Assembly (NCBI RefSeq): GCF_009914755.1 | Contig: NC_060928.1 | DNA length: 64,000 nt | Strand: one strand, 5' to 3' | From: the human T2T-CHM13v2.0 reference genome, Homo sapiens | Shown: in pieces, positions 14,046 through 30,800 of the stretch | How positions within the stretch are numbered: position 1 is the first letter of the stretch | How the letters are laid out: the number at the start of each line of letters is the position of its first letter | Notes under the pieces: model-generated | Seen by the model: the letters and a program-made list of their open reading frames with translations, nothing else | Told to the model about the DNA's origin: nothing | The model's database searches: none | Made by a program: the position numbers and the translations under genes

Positions 14046-15518
14046 CCTCTTGCTGGCTCTTGTCCTCGGCATTTGTCCCGCACCTCGTTCACCTTCTCTC
14101 AGATGCTGCCCTGGGTGGAGCGGCACCCTCCCACCCATGCCTTCTCCCCACTGCTGCACAGCCTCCCTGCTTGTGTGTGTGTGTGGTGTCCGTCCTGCCC
14201 TCCAGGAGGGGAGTGGCGAGCAGCTGCCCAGTGGGCAGGGTGAGCGAGTGAGTCCTCGTGTCCTGGAGGCCCTCATCTGCCCAGACCTGCACAGCACTGT
14301 TGCTCTCGGCACCGCTGGGGTATGGCGTCTCGGTTCACAAGCGTGAATGTGATGTGTCACAGCTGTGCCATGAGTTGATCTGCCAGATGGCAAAGTGCAC
14401 TGATCCTCTGCGGTGACCGGGGCTGGTGCCCCTGGGTGCCCTGCAGTCTTGTTGAGTTTCCGAAGTCTCCAGGTCATGACTCGCAGCCACTCCAGTGTGC
14501 ACCCAACATTCTCATCGCTGGACGGGGTCGTCTGTGATGCCTCTGCCGTGCTGCCCACTGGGCTGCTGTGGCCCCCATCTGGTGCCATTTTTCCTCCACC
14601 TGGGTGTCAGGGAAGGGCATTCTCACCTGCACCTGCCCAGGCTCATGTGACGGACAGTGGGCCAGCACATGTCCGCTCCGGTGCCCTGTCCCACATGCCT
14701 TTCCCACCCACCCGCCTCCCTGGCCCCGTGTGCCCGGCTTCCCCCAATGCACAGGCCCTCGCTCCGTGCTGCCCACATGTCCTGGCTGCCTGGGGCGGCC
14801 CCCCGTGTGTTCATAGATGACCTAGCCATCCTCTCCTAAACGCCCAGCACACTGTCCTTGGGACCCATGGGGTGTGACCAAGCAACCTGGCGGTGGCTGC
14901 TGAAGCATGAGCTGTGGGTGCCCCTGGCCCCAGGGAATGTGCGCTGTGTTGGGGGAGAGAGACGTGAAGTGAAAGAAGGGGGTCCTGTGGTGGGCACAGG
15001 CCACGCGTTCCACAGAAGTGCGTAGAGCAGGGTGGATATGGGAGTGCTGATGATTCTAAGGCCAGTTGGAGTAGGCCTCAGCAGGGTGAGACGGGCTACA
15101 CTCAAGGTGTTGGGGTGCCCTGAGCATGTCTGTCCAAAAGAGGGCCTGGAGCTGCTGTGTGGAAGAAGGCGGGCGTGTGGAGCCCATGAGGACTGGGTTG
15201 CGGGGGAGGGGTTCTTTCTGCTGAGATGCTCTGGAGGGCGTTGAGCTGAGGAATCGCTTTTGACCACAGGTGACCATGGCACTAGGAAGCCCTGGGGAAG
15301 GTGCTGCTGTGGCCGAGGGGGAGCTGCCAGGTTGTGGAAATGTAAACCCCGGCTGCGCTGGTCAGACCTGGACTTCCTGTAGGGGGCGCCATGGAATTCC
15401 CACGTGGGACCCCAGTTTCCTACCTGTGCACCAAAATTCCTGTGCACCAAAATTGGAGACGTGACAAACTTAGGAAAATAACCTCATGCTCTGGATTGGA
15501 GCAAGGTCCCAGACAATA

Positions 15519-15650
15519 CAGGACAGGAAGCTGCTGCCAAGGGAAGGCCACCCAGGAACAGGACAGGAAGCTGCTGCCCAGGGAAGGCCACACAGGAACA
15601 GGACAGGAAGCCTGCTGCCGAGGGAAGGCTGCCCAGGAGGGGCAGAACAG
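15519..15650. repeat. ~39-bp tandem repeat, about 3 copies (caggacaggaagctgctgcc..gggaaggc)
   Basis: Seen directly. Confidence 0.85.
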
Positions 15651-15695
15651 AGTCCTCAGTGTGGCTGGTGCTGTGCGCCTGCCTGTGCTGCCTTA

Positions 15696-16378
<683 letters not shown>

Positions 16379-16437
16379 TGGTTTTTCAAGTTGCAAAACA
16401 AAGTAAGACTTTGTGGGAGACCCAACATTCGCCTGCC

Positions 16438-18170
<1,733 letters not shown>

Positions 18171-18856
18171 CGCATCTGTGAGGCCGGTGGTCCAGACGTG
18201 GGGCTGTGGGACCCAAGTGGTGAACTGTGGCCTCATCCTGGGCCGTTGGGTCCTGGGCTATGTGCAGGCGGAGGTGCCGTCCTTGGTCCCACTGGGGAAG
18301 GTCGGGAGTCATTGCTGCTGAGGACCACCTGAGCGCTTGCCCCAAGCCTTGCCGTGCCTGGTGGAGTCCCGTACCAGCTGCTGTCCTGCCCCTGCCAGAG
18401 ACCATGGGTTCCACTGCTAGGCACTGAGCACCCACCCCCTGTGCCCGGCCACTAGCGGAGACTTGATGCTAAGCCTGGGTTACTCTGTTTTTTTTGTTGT
18501 TTTTTTTTTTTTTCTTTGCTTTCATATAAATCATTGGTTGTAACTACCGCGATATTAGCCATAATGTGTTTATGTATTATTTAGCATGTTATTATTTGCT
18601 TACTGTTGATTTTGAAATGAGGGGGCTGCCCAGGGAGGGCCTGTAGATGTGCTGGGGGGCTGTGGGGAGTGGAGACAGGGCCGCCTGGCATGTGGCCTGG
18701 CCCTGCCTGCATGTGTGTCTCAGCAGCTCCTCTCCATGGACAGGTGGGGCCAGCCTGGCTCCCTTGCCCGGCTATGGCTGCTGTCTACGTGAGCGTCCGA
18801 CCTTTTGGTCCTTGGGGGCTGTTCTGTTCCTAGGATCTCAGAGCGGCCCTGAGTAG

Positions 18857-19291
<435 letters not shown>

Positions 19292-19567
19292 TAGGCTAAA
19301 ATCTGGAAAAGTGCACCTCATTTGGCATTACAGTTTGTGTACAGCTGGCATGAGGCTCAGAAGGAGTGGGTTACAGGAGGCTGACCATGTGCACACAGAG
19401 TGTTGGGGCTGCTGGGCTTAGAGCCTGGAGACAGGTCAGTCCTGCTCCATGGGGGTACTCCATGGGCTCCCTGTGCTCAGTCATAGACACAGAAAAGCTG
19501 GTTGGGAAGTCATTCTCCATCTGCGAGGCTGCAGAGCTCTGGGCTGTGATATTGTTAATGAATACCC

Positions 19568-19569
<2 letters not shown>

Positions 19570-19600
<31 letters not shown>

Positions 19601-19870
19601 AGACGGAGTCTCGCTTTGTCGCCAGGGTGGAGTGCAGTGGCACGATCTTGGCTCACTTGCCTCCGGTGTTCAAGCGATTCTCTTGCCTTGGCCTCCTGAG
19701 TAGCTGGGATTATAGGCATGCGCCACCATGCCCGGCTAATTTTTGTATTTTTAGTAGACATGGGATTTCACCACGTTGGCCAGGATGGTCTTGATCTCCT
19801 GACCTTGTGATCCACCTGCCTCAACCTCCCAAAGTGCTGGGATTACAGGCGTGAGCCACCGTGCCCGGCC
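19570..19870 (-). mobile_element. Alu with long poly-T and TSD-like flanks (gaatacccactttt / gagtaccgactttt)
   Basis: Antisense Alu consensus. Confidence 0.93.
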
Positions 19871-20120
19871 GAGTACCGACTTTTGTAGAGACCAAAAGAA
19901 GCTTAAGAAATGGACTCCTAAAGGACAAAATTTAAACCTGCTTATTAAAAGGCATTGTCACCCTAGGGGCTTGCAGAAATGTTTTAACTTATGTTAACAC
20001 TTCTGCCTCCATTAGCAAAACTTTTCTGTCTTCTAAACTGAGCGCTGCTTTAACCTCACCCTGGCTGAGTTTGGCAGGGTGCACGCAGTTACCAGCCAGG
20101 AGTGACACACTGCCACTCAG

Positions 20121-20234
20121 GGCCGCCAAAACAAGCACGAAGCAAAGACGGGACGAAAAAGTAGAGCGGCTAGTAGCTCCCCTAAAGAGAGTTTGGACCT
20201 TGGTATGGAAACCCTAAAAGGAAAGCCAGAATTG
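20121..20234 (+). CDS. MAEA: Candidate in-frame cassette exon of MAEA (38 aa GRQNKHEAKTGRKSRAASSSPKESLDLGMETLKGKPEL)
   Basis: ctcag|GGC ... TTG|gtatgt; 114 nt, no stop, phase 0/0 matching flanking exons 4 and 5; weak pyrimidine tract. Confidence 0.55.
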
Positions 20235-20514
20235 GTATGTAACCTGCGGCCCCACTACACAGTGCCAGCCCCACACTCCCTCCCAGAGAGCCGGCACACA
20301 CCTCACAGTGGGAACTCTGCCAGGGCTGTTTCCTGTGGATGTCAGAGGGAAGATAGGTTCTTGGTGCTGCCAGGATATTCCTGCAAGCCCTAATTACCTG
20401 CCGGACAGTGTTGCTGGAGGGTGTTGGAGGCTTGCCACGAGCACACGACCTGTCTGAAGCTGCTGTGGGGACAGGCAGGGCCAGGACTCGGGGCCCTGAA
20501 TGCATGCCTGGGGG

Positions 20515-21590
20515 ACGAGTGTGCCTGGTGTTGGATGAAGTTGAGATTGGATGCCTGGTGGATGAGCGTGCCTGGTGTTGGATAAGTTGAGATTGGGTGA
20601 GCATGCCTTGTGTTGGATGAGTTGAGATTGGATGAGCGTGCTTGGTGTTGGATGAAGTTGAGATTGGATGCCTGGTGGATCAGTGTGTCTGGTGTTGGAT
20701 GGAGTTGAGATTGGATGCCTGGTGGATGAGTGTGCCTGGTATTGGATGAAGTTGAGATTGGATGCCTGGTGGATGAGTATGTCTGGTGTTGGATGAAGTT
20801 GAGATTGGATGCCTGGTCAATGAGTGTGCCTGGCGTTGGATGAGTTGAGATTGGATGCCTGGTGGATGAGCGTGTCTGGTGTTGGATGAGTTGAGATTGG
20901 ATGCCTGGTGGATGAGTGTGTCTGGTGTTGGATGAAGTTGAGATTGGTTTGGATGAAGTTGAGATTGGATGCCTGGTGGACGAGTGTGTCTGGTGTTGGA
21001 TGAAGTTGAGGTTGGATGCCTGGTGGATGAGTGTGTCTGGTGTTGGATGAAGTTGAGATTGGTGTTGGATGAAGTTGAGATTGGATGCCTGGTGGATGAC
21101 CGTGCCTGGTGTTGGATAAAGTTGAGATTGGATGCTTGGTGGATGAGCGTGCCTGGTGTTGGATGAGTTGAGATTGGATGAGCGTGCCTGGTGTTGGATG
21201 AGTTGAGGTTGGATGAGTGTGCCTGGTGTTGGATGAGTTGAGATTGGATGAGCGTGCCTGGTGTTGGATGAGTTGAGATTGGATGCCTGGTGGATGAGTG
21301 TGTCTGGTGTTGGATGAAGTTGAGATTGGATGCCTGGTGGATGAGTGTGTCTGGTGTTGGATGAAGTTGAGATTGGATGCCTGGTGGATGAGTGTGTCTG
21401 GTGTTGGATAAAGTTGAGATTGGTGTTGGATGATTTGAGATTGGATGCCTGGTGGATGAGCGTGCCTGGTGTTGGATGAGTTGAGATTGGATGAGCGTGC
21501 CTGGTGTTGGATGAGTTGAGATTGGATGAGCGTGCCTGGTGTTGGATGAGTTGAGATTGGATGAGCGTGCCTGGTGTTGGATGAAGTCGA
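20515..21590. repeat. TG/G-rich minisatellite with mixed ~33- and ~47-bp units (gtgcctggtgttggatgaagttgagattggatgcctggtggatga)
   Basis: About 1.1 kb array seen directly. Confidence 0.95.
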
Positions 21591-23515
21591 GACTGGACGG
21601 GGCCTGAATCCATATTTAGATGCTGTCCAGAAATGCGCCCTGAAGACTCCAAATGACACGAAAACATGCCCGGTACGAGATGCGGCCGAGCCAGTTGGGG
21701 TACACGGCTGTCTGTGCAGTCTGCTCACATGTGCACGCACGCCAGGGGGTGTGTGGGGAGGCAAGGAGGAGCCAGACTGTGCTCTAACGGGTCCCTGGGA
21801 CCAGCTGTGAGAACCTAGATGGGAAAAGAAACTTGAGACCCAAGTTTGACCTGGCTGAGAGATGGATTTCACAGGCATGGGTGGGTGAGTGGCCCTGAAG
21901 GCCCCTGAAGCAGTGATTTGTTTGCTGCACGTCTGTGCGAAAGCCACACGGAGCCATCAGTGTGGGCGCCTGTCGCAGGGCGGGCACAGCCTTGTTGGCG
22001 CTCCACGCCGTATGGGACAGTGTAGACTCGGTGTTTTAGATTTGGGTCTGAATACCTAAGTTTCACGACATAGACACACTTACATATTAGTGGACCAATT
22101 GAAAGTAACCTACTAGAGCAAAAGGTGTTATTGAAAAGCAGGTTTGAGGTGTCTATTGTGTGAAGCGGTAACCTAGAGTGGGCCCAGAGTCCTGCTCTTC
22201 TAGAGCACCCCCTCGGCAGCTGCGTCCTGCCTTTAGACAGAGCCCCGGCACTCGCCTGCTCTAGACACGGCAGCCATCAGGCAGCCCCTGGGAGGCAGGT
22301 GGGGCCCTGGTGGGGAGCCTCTATCTCTTCCCGCTGGCCCTTCCCTTCCTCTCCTGCCAGGCTGGCTCTGAAGGGAGCGGAGTGCTGACCGAAGTCTGCC
22401 TGCTGATTAGTGGGGTGGGGACTCGGGACCCTGGGATGACTTTGTGCCTCTCGGCTGATTTGTACCAAGCCTGGCACTCCCCACCCAGAGCCTGTGCCAC
22501 TGCTGGGGTCAGAGACAGTCCTCCTGCCCCAGCTTGGAGCAAGCCTGTGAGTTCTGCGTCCAGCCTGTTGACCCGTCTGTCTAGGGACACAGGGTGATGA
22601 GGGGCTGAGGGTACAGGGCAGAGGCAGCAGGGCAGGGACCTGAGCCCCTCTGAGCCCCTGGAAGGCAGGTGGCCCCCGGGGGTCTGGGCAGCCCAGTCCT
22701 CCCCACACCCACGCGGAGCCACTGCTGTGGGTGCTATGCGTGTCGGGGCAGCAAGGCTGGCAGGCGGGGTGGGCTGGAGCACAGGTGGCTCCTCAGAAAG
22801 CTCAGTGGGGAAAGCTCTGGGAAGCGGAAGTGATGAGCTTCAACTTAAATGCAGTGGTCCGGGGTGGATTCATCTGCCACGTGGAGTTTCTGTTCATGCC
22901 GTCCTGAGAGCCAGGCCATGTGAACCCAGAGTGACACGCGGCCCCAGCCCAAGACTCGCTCCGTGGTGCCCACGCCTATATCCTGTTTCCGGGGTGAAGC
23001 CCTGAGAATGTCCTGAAACCACACGGAAGATCTTACGGTTTAGACGGACATGTCACTTCCGTAGAATCCGCGTCTCATCTTGGATGACTGCGGTCAATGT
23101 TGCCGCTGCCCCCACCCCAGCCACAAGTCTCGGCCCACGTTGGACTGAGGTTGCTGAGATTTCAGATTGAGGGTTGGGCTTCCCTTAGGTGCACGTGAGA
23201 GGCTCATAGGCAGACACATGTGGGACTTGGTCCTGCAGGAGCTTCCCCCACCCCCGCCCCTGCCTCAGGCATAGTGCCTTCAGCCAGCAGCCCCAACTCG
23301 GCCTCTCTCCGTCTTCTACACATCCTGGAAGCGCCCTCCCTTCACGCGAGCCGCCCCTTGGCCTCACAGCCACCTAGGACCTCAGTGTCCCCTGGGCCAG
23401 GCCTCCATTCCATGTGCCACCCGCCTGGGGCCTCGGCACCGGCCCCGGCTTCTGCCCGCCATGTTCTCGCCAGGTGTCTGTGCGGTCCCCCGTCCATAAC
23501 CTCGGTGCAGGCGCT

Positions 23516-23725
23516 CCCCGCCCTACCGACCTGGGTCCTGCCTGCTCCAAGCTTGCTTCTCTGCCTCATGCCCCTGTGAGGCACCAGCCAGCAACCCCAC
23601 ATGTGGTCCCTGTCTCCTCCCCGCCCTGCCGACCTGGGTCCTGCCTGCTCCAAGCTTGCTTCTCTGCCTCATGCCCCTGTGAGGCACCAGCCAGCAGCCC
23701 CACATGTGGTCCCTGTCTCCTCCCC
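23516..23725. repeat. 103-bp direct tandem duplication (2 copies)
   Basis: gacctgggtcctgcctgctcc at 23528 and 23631. Confidence 0.93.
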
Positions 23726-24135
23726 ACCCGGGGCATCAGCGCCTCGGGACAGGACTTGCCCACGTTCTCCCAGAACAGCCCCGGGTTCAAGCCAGCACCC
23801 AGTCTACATTCGGGATAGTTGGGTCCAGAGGCCCGGTGGGAGTGTAGAGGAAGCAGTGGCCTCAGGGCGGGACCCAGGAAGCTGCTTTGTCCTTGCAGAG
23901 GGGTTGGTGCCTTTGCTCCAGCAGCTGCACCTGCTGCTCTGCCCTCCCAGCTGTGCTCCTGGAAGCGCCCTGAGCGCCCTGGCCTTCGGGTTGAAATGCT
24001 GGGCGGCTGCACGCCCCACCGCAGCTGCAGGAGCAGGGGGCGGGACTCACATTCAGAACCCAGTGTTCCCTGGAAAGTCTGCTGCAGGTTAAAGTGGCAG
24101 CTTCAGCCTCAGCCCTGCCTTCCCCGTGCCTGTGA

Positions 24136-24330
<195 letters not shown>

Positions 24331-25799
24331 TAGGCATTGCGGACGTGCGTCTCCTCGAGGGAGGGCAGGATGTTCGGCTGCGGCCCCTGCCAGCCCTCCC
24401 TGTCGTGGTCTGGGTCCTGGGACGTCCCCTGGGTCGTCCCCTGGGTCTTGAGTCTGACCCCTGCCTGCTCAGGTGGCTGCTTCTCCCACTGTTCCTGAAT
24501 GGGACTTGGGGAGTGAGGCCTGGAGCCTGGCAGGGCCCCCGCCAAGGTGTGGCCCCAGGTGGGCATCCAGACCCCCGTGGCTGCCAGGGGAACCAGCTTT
24601 GAGGTCCCGACCGTCCACGTAAAACACGTGGATCAGGCTCCCGGCACCCCCTTTCCACATTGGAAAGTGCCGCCAGCCTCAGTAGATGGGAGTGTCTCTG
24701 ACGTGTGGTCCTCAGGTAGCTCCAAGCGTCCTGAGCTTGGGAATGTCCCTCACAGTCATCGGGGAATGTTGACAGCGTGTGATGAGGGCACTTCTGGGTT
24801 CTCCGGCCTGTCTCCGACCCAAGGGCGGCGTGCAGTGAGCTGAGGCCAGCGGCGCCCTGGTGGTCAGGCCTGAGAAGGGGATGCTGGCTGTCACTGTGGC
24901 TCAGCCCAGTTGGGGTGCACGGCGTCTGCAAAGGAAGAGAGGCTGTCCGCTGGCTTCCCGCTGGCTCCCCAGAGTGGGCATCGTCAGGCAGCAGTGGTCC
25001 CTGGCCTGGGCAGTGTCGGCCAGTTCATGCTCACCCCGTCTCGGGGCAGGGCTGCTCCTTGAGTGCTAGGTCGTCTCACTCACTTTCATGGAGGTTCCTG
25101 AGCGGCCAAGCCTTGCGGTGACGCTTGAGTTGCTGTGTGGGGTGTGTGGGCCTGGCTGGCCCTCAGCTCCCGGGCGAGTGCCCAGCAGGTGTGTTTGCCA
25201 GGAGGGGGCACCTGTCCATGCCCACAGAAACCCGACCGCGACTCCATATCCACCTGCAGTGGGCCGGGTGGCCGAGTGTTCCACAGAAGGCCCATTTGGA
25301 GAAGTGGGCGTCTCACGATGAGGTGCTGAGGGTGGTCCCCAAGACGCACGGCAGAACCGCGGCAAGTCCCTGCCCTTGCGTGGACCCTGGAGAGGCCCGG
25401 GGTCCTGCTCCGGCTCCTGATGCTGACCTGGGCGCATGGTGGCAGGTCAGGCCTCGTCTTCACGCACGAGGGAGCCAGGCCTGCAACGAGGTCCCTTCTG
25501 TGCCTGAGAGGGCTAAAGCGGGGATCTCGGGACCCGGGCCAGTGGAGAGTGGCGTGTGAGCATTGCGGGGACACGGCCAGGGGCCCCCTGTCAAGAGGAG
25601 GGGCTCCCGCTCTGCTCTGGCCTCCGTGTGGCCTCGGTGCCTGTGTCGCTGGCCTCTGTCCGGCGGCAGTCTGCTTCCATCCCGAGTCAGCCTCCGTCTC
25701 CTTGAGGGCCCCGGCCACTGTCAGCCCTGGAGTCTGAAAACAAAACGTGTCCATCCCGGAGTCCCTCCGTCACAGATGTCTTCATCTAGGTGGCAGCTG

Positions 25800-25980
25800 G
25801 TTCCGCATAGGGTCTGTTGACCTGTTACCCCCACTCCGCATAGGGTCTATTTGCCTGTGTTACCCTGGCTCCGTGTAGGGTCTGTTTACCTGTGTTCCCC
25901 CCGCTCCGCGTAGGGTCTCTTTGCCTGTGTTCCCCCCGCTCCGTGTAGGGTCTCTTTGCCTTGTTCCCCCTGCTCTGGGT
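25800..25980. repeat. ~35-bp degenerate tandem repeat, about 5 copies (ctccgtgtagggtctctttgcctgtgttcccc)
   Basis: Seen directly. Confidence 0.85.
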
Positions 25981-26971
25981 AGAATCTGCCCTAGAGACTC
26001 GCGGGGCCTCCACCTCATAATGTCTGAGCCGAGCTCAGAGCTGTGCCCTCTGCGGCCTCGTCTGTTGCAGGGGAGCAGGCAGGTCCCAGGAAGTGCGTGT
26101 CCTTCCTCCCGCAAGCAGACACGTGCTGCCTCGAAGCCTCAGCAGCCAGCCGGGCAGGCATGGCAAACAACACCCCAGTGTCTCGGGGGCAGGCGCAGTG
26201 TGAGCTACATCCTCTGCTGGGGCCGTCTTGGGAGTGGTTCTCCAGGTGCCAGGGCCTGGTCAGGGAAGTCCGGCCTCAGCTCAGCGTGGCCCTGGAGCCA
26301 CCCACAAGGCACACGGGAGCTGGGCTGGGGTGGCAGGTGGGGCATCGGCAGGACGTTTGTGGGGTGAGGGAGTGCGGGTGTTTGGCTGGGAGCCCAGAGG
26401 GTGTTGTGTATCACTCACTGAGGCTGGACAAGAGGGAAGGCGGAGAAGCCTGGCCACATGTCTCCTGAGGGCTCCAGGCAGGGCCCTCTCACCTGCTGCC
26501 AGGGTCCCAGCCCGCAGGAGCTTCCCGTCCACCTCTGAACTCACGGTCCACATGGCGCTGGAGCGTCGGGCACCATCTACAGGGCTTGAGGCCAGCAGCC
26601 TAGCCTCTGGGTCCACTGGGGCAGGCAAGGTGAGTCCTGCTGTCTGTGGAGCCAGCGTGCTGGGCCGGGCAGGGGGCCTCGTTGGCTGGGGTGGCTGCAG
26701 CTCCGCCCTGCCTGGGGCATTTGTGGGTTTTTGCGAAATGCAAAAGTATGAGCTGCTAGTGATTAACTTTTAACGCCTTTAATTTTTAGTAAATGAGTAA
26801 GTGAATCCCTGACCCCAGGCGGCTGGGACCTGGCCTGTACTTCATGGGCTTTGTGTGAGCAGCTCCGTGCCGTCTGTCGCACACCCACACCTCAGCCTGG
26901 CCAGGCACAGTTTAGGAATTTTGTCTTCTGGGTGTTTCTCTCTCTCTCTCTTTCCGTGTGTGTGTGTGTGT

Positions 26972-27240
26972 GTTTTGAGGTTGAGTTTTGCTCTGTTGCC
27001 TGGCACAATCTCAGCTCACCGCAACCTCCGCCTCCCGGGTTCAAGTGATTGTCCTGCCTCAGCCTCTGAGTAGCTGGGATTACAGGCGCCCACCACCACG
27101 CCCGGCTAATTTTTGTATTTTTAGTAGAGATGGGGTTTCACCATGTTGGCCAGGCTGGTCTCAAACTCCTGACCTTGTGATCCGCCCACCTTGGCCTCCC
27201 AAAGTGCTGGGATTACAGGCGTGAGCCACCGTGCCTGGCC
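26972..27240 (-). mobile_element. Antisense Alu preceded by a (CT)n(GT)n microsatellite
   Basis: Alu consensus. Confidence 0.9.
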
Positions 27241-27857
27241 CGTGTGTTTATATTTTTAAAGAAAAATGGAAGTTTTTGTGTTTCTTATGTTAGCTGCATT
27301 TAGTTTGTTAAAAGTCACGGTTTTGTTTCCCCTGTGTCCTGTGGATGCATACCGTGCTGTTCTCCCCGGACCTGCTCTGAGGGCCCCACATCTCGGCTGC
27401 AGTTCTCTGTGTGTTGGGGCTGAATGCTGGCATCAAACGATCTGAAAAGAGTCAGCCGCCACTGTTAGGTTTTCTGTTTCTGTCTTGGGGTCAGGATTTG
27501 TGGATCAGGGACCTGGGGTGCGAGGTGAGGCAGCTTGTTAGGCGGATGATGTCTGTCTGGGGTTTGATTGATGGTGAGATAAGACGCGTAAACCAGGTCA
27601 TGCAAATGAGATCTTGTAGATGTCAACCACGGAGATTAAATTTCCTCTCTTCAGCAGCTCTGGGAGGAGGTGAGATGCCCGTTGGCCGTGTTCTGTGCAC
27701 GTCTTGGCGTGTGACGAAGGGTGACTTGTCTCCAGAGATGGAATGAGGGGGTTGGGTGGGGCTCCTCCTGGACTCAGACCCACGCCCACCCACACGCTCC
27801 AAGGAGGGGGATGCATGGGCACTGGAATCTCGGATGGCCGTCCCCAGCCCCTGCACA

Positions 27858-28000
27858 CGCACCCTGCGGGGTCAGCCGTGTGGACTCACCCCCGACTCCC
27901 AGTCCCTGTATGCACCCTGCGGGGTCGGCCGTGTGGATTCACCCCCGACTCCCAGGCCCTGCACAGGCCCTGGGGCGTCAGCCATGTGGACTCCCCAGGC
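27858..28000. repeat. ~54-bp degenerate repeat, 2-3 copies (caccctgcggggtc.gccgtgtgga.tcacccccgactcccag)
   Basis: Seen directly. Confidence 0.75.
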
Positions 28001-29058
28001 TGGGTCCCAAGCGTGGACGCCCCCCACTCCCTGCTGCCCCGGGCTCTCCTGGTGGTGCTTCCAACACGTGGTCCCCGTGCTATCCATCAAGGGGCTGCTG
28101 GGCCACCTCCTACACTAACTCCAGTCTCTGCGAGACACTGCATCTTCTCCAAGGCCACCGTGAGCGCCTGGCACCTCCTCAGCCCTGTGTTCCTTGGTAC
28201 ATGCCTTGTTCTGGACAGCACAGGGCTGACTCACACATGGGACTTGAGGCCCCTGGTTCTGTGCATTGGGGTCGCTTTGGCAGAGGGGCCCTGAGGGCTG
28301 AGAACGTGGGGTGCACAGGGGCCCGTGTGAGGGTCAGGACATGGGGGTGCAGGCCCTCAGGACAGCCAGAGGGACAGTGACCCTGTGTGTGGGGGGGGGC
28401 ATGAGAATGGGGGCCCTGGGGGTGAGCAGGTGCCCGCTGGTCAGCTTGAAAGGGATCTGTTATGTTCTGCTTTGGTTTCTTGGTTGCCCAGCCTTAGACT
28501 GGAGTGGGGTTCTGGCCTGGAGTAGGCCTGTGTGCATCCCGCAGAGTTGGCTCAGGAAAGATCGTGGCTGCATGTGGTGTGTGGCACGCTCAGGGCTGAG
28601 AGGGCTGGGCCGGATCTGCAGGGAGTCCAGCCTGTGGGCTGAGGGAGGCTGTTCTTCGGAAGGTTGTGCTGGGCGTCACTGCCAAACAGCAAGGACTGCA
28701 GTTGAGAAGACTACACGTTCTTGGTCCGCTGGGGCCACGGGGTCCGTGGGGGCGAGCATCTGGGGAGAGTGGGAATCCTCAGGGTTTGGGTTCCTTGTAA
28801 ACCAGAATCGCTTTGGAGAGCCCTCGGGGGCAGGTGCCATTTGCAGTTCTGGTGTTTTCCGTGGGTTGTCTGTGTGGCTTGGGTGCCCTGGTCCCCTGGA
28901 GGAAGGAGTGTCTGGTAGCTGCTCCTCCAGCCTCTGGTGAGCCGCACCTCCCGCCATCCCAGCCCCACCCAGCAGGTCGGCTTGGAGTGAGGCGATTACT
29001 TTGTACCTAGACTCTGACATAAAAGCTGTTAGCTCAGATTTTTCAACTTAAAAATGCA

Positions 29059-29557
<499 letters not shown>

Positions 29558-29679
29558 TAGCTGCTTCCACACGTGGGGCGGGACGTGAGGGCCCCATCCC
29601 AGCCACACAGCCTGTCCAGCCTGCCAAGACAAGCTTTTCTTGTTTGACTCCCATTTTGCTCATAAGAAATTTGAATCAG

Positions 29680-29995
<316 letters not shown>

Positions 29996-30277
29996 TCAGG
30001 AAGCCTTTCAGCCTGGAGCGTTCAGCCGGGGCCCAGCTTCCTTGCCTGTCCCCCTGGTTCTCCTTTCTCTACAGCCCCTGAGTCAGGAGTTAGGCTGCAC
30101 CGTCTTCCGTGGTTCTTTCTCTTGCTGACGCTTTGTATTTTATCTGTAAATATTGGAGCCTCCGACTCTCCGCGGTCACTGGGGTAGGGTTGGGGGTTCT
30201 GCCATCACTAACCAGGCACCCTGTGCTCAGACCTGGCCCCAACCCAGCAGCTGGCTGCTCCTGGGTGAGTGGCTCCA

Positions 30278-30800
30278 CTCTGCACCCGTGCCCACCCCTG
30301 CACCCACCCCATGCCCACCGTGTGCTCACCCCCCTGCCCACCCCCATGCCCGTGTGCTCACCTCTGCACCCACCCCATGCCCACCCCCATGCCCACCTGT
30401 GCTCACCCCCATGCCCACTCCCGTGCCCATGTGCCCACCCCTGCACCCACCCCCATGCCCGTGTGCTCACCCCTGCACCCATCCCATGCCTACCGTGCTC
30501 ACCCCCATGCCCACCCCATGCCCACCATGTGCTCACCCCTGCACCCACCCCCATGCCCGTGTGCTCACCCCTGCACCCATCCCATGCCTACCGTGCTCAC
30601 CCCCATGCCCACCCCATGCCCACCATGTGCCCACCCCTGCACCCACCCCCATGCCCGTGTGCCCACCCCTGCACCCATCCCATGCCCGTGTGCTCACCCC
30701 TGCACCCATCCCATGCCTACCGTGCTCACCCCCATGCCCACCCCATGCCCACCATGTGCCCACCCCTGCACCCACCCCCATGCCCACCCCTGTGCTCATC
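30278..30800. repeat. C-rich compound minisatellite (cacccccatgcc / tgtgctcacccctgcaccc subunits)
   Basis: Seen directly; source of spurious Pro/His/Cys ORFs. Confidence 0.93.

Noticed and set aside
13237-14346. 369-aa and 309-aa Pro/His-rich ORFs
   Set aside because: Translations of the C-rich minisatellite
20390-21947. 425-aa and 376-aa minus-strand ORFs
   Set aside because: Stop-free only because of VNTR base composition; periodic low-complexity peptides open in several frames
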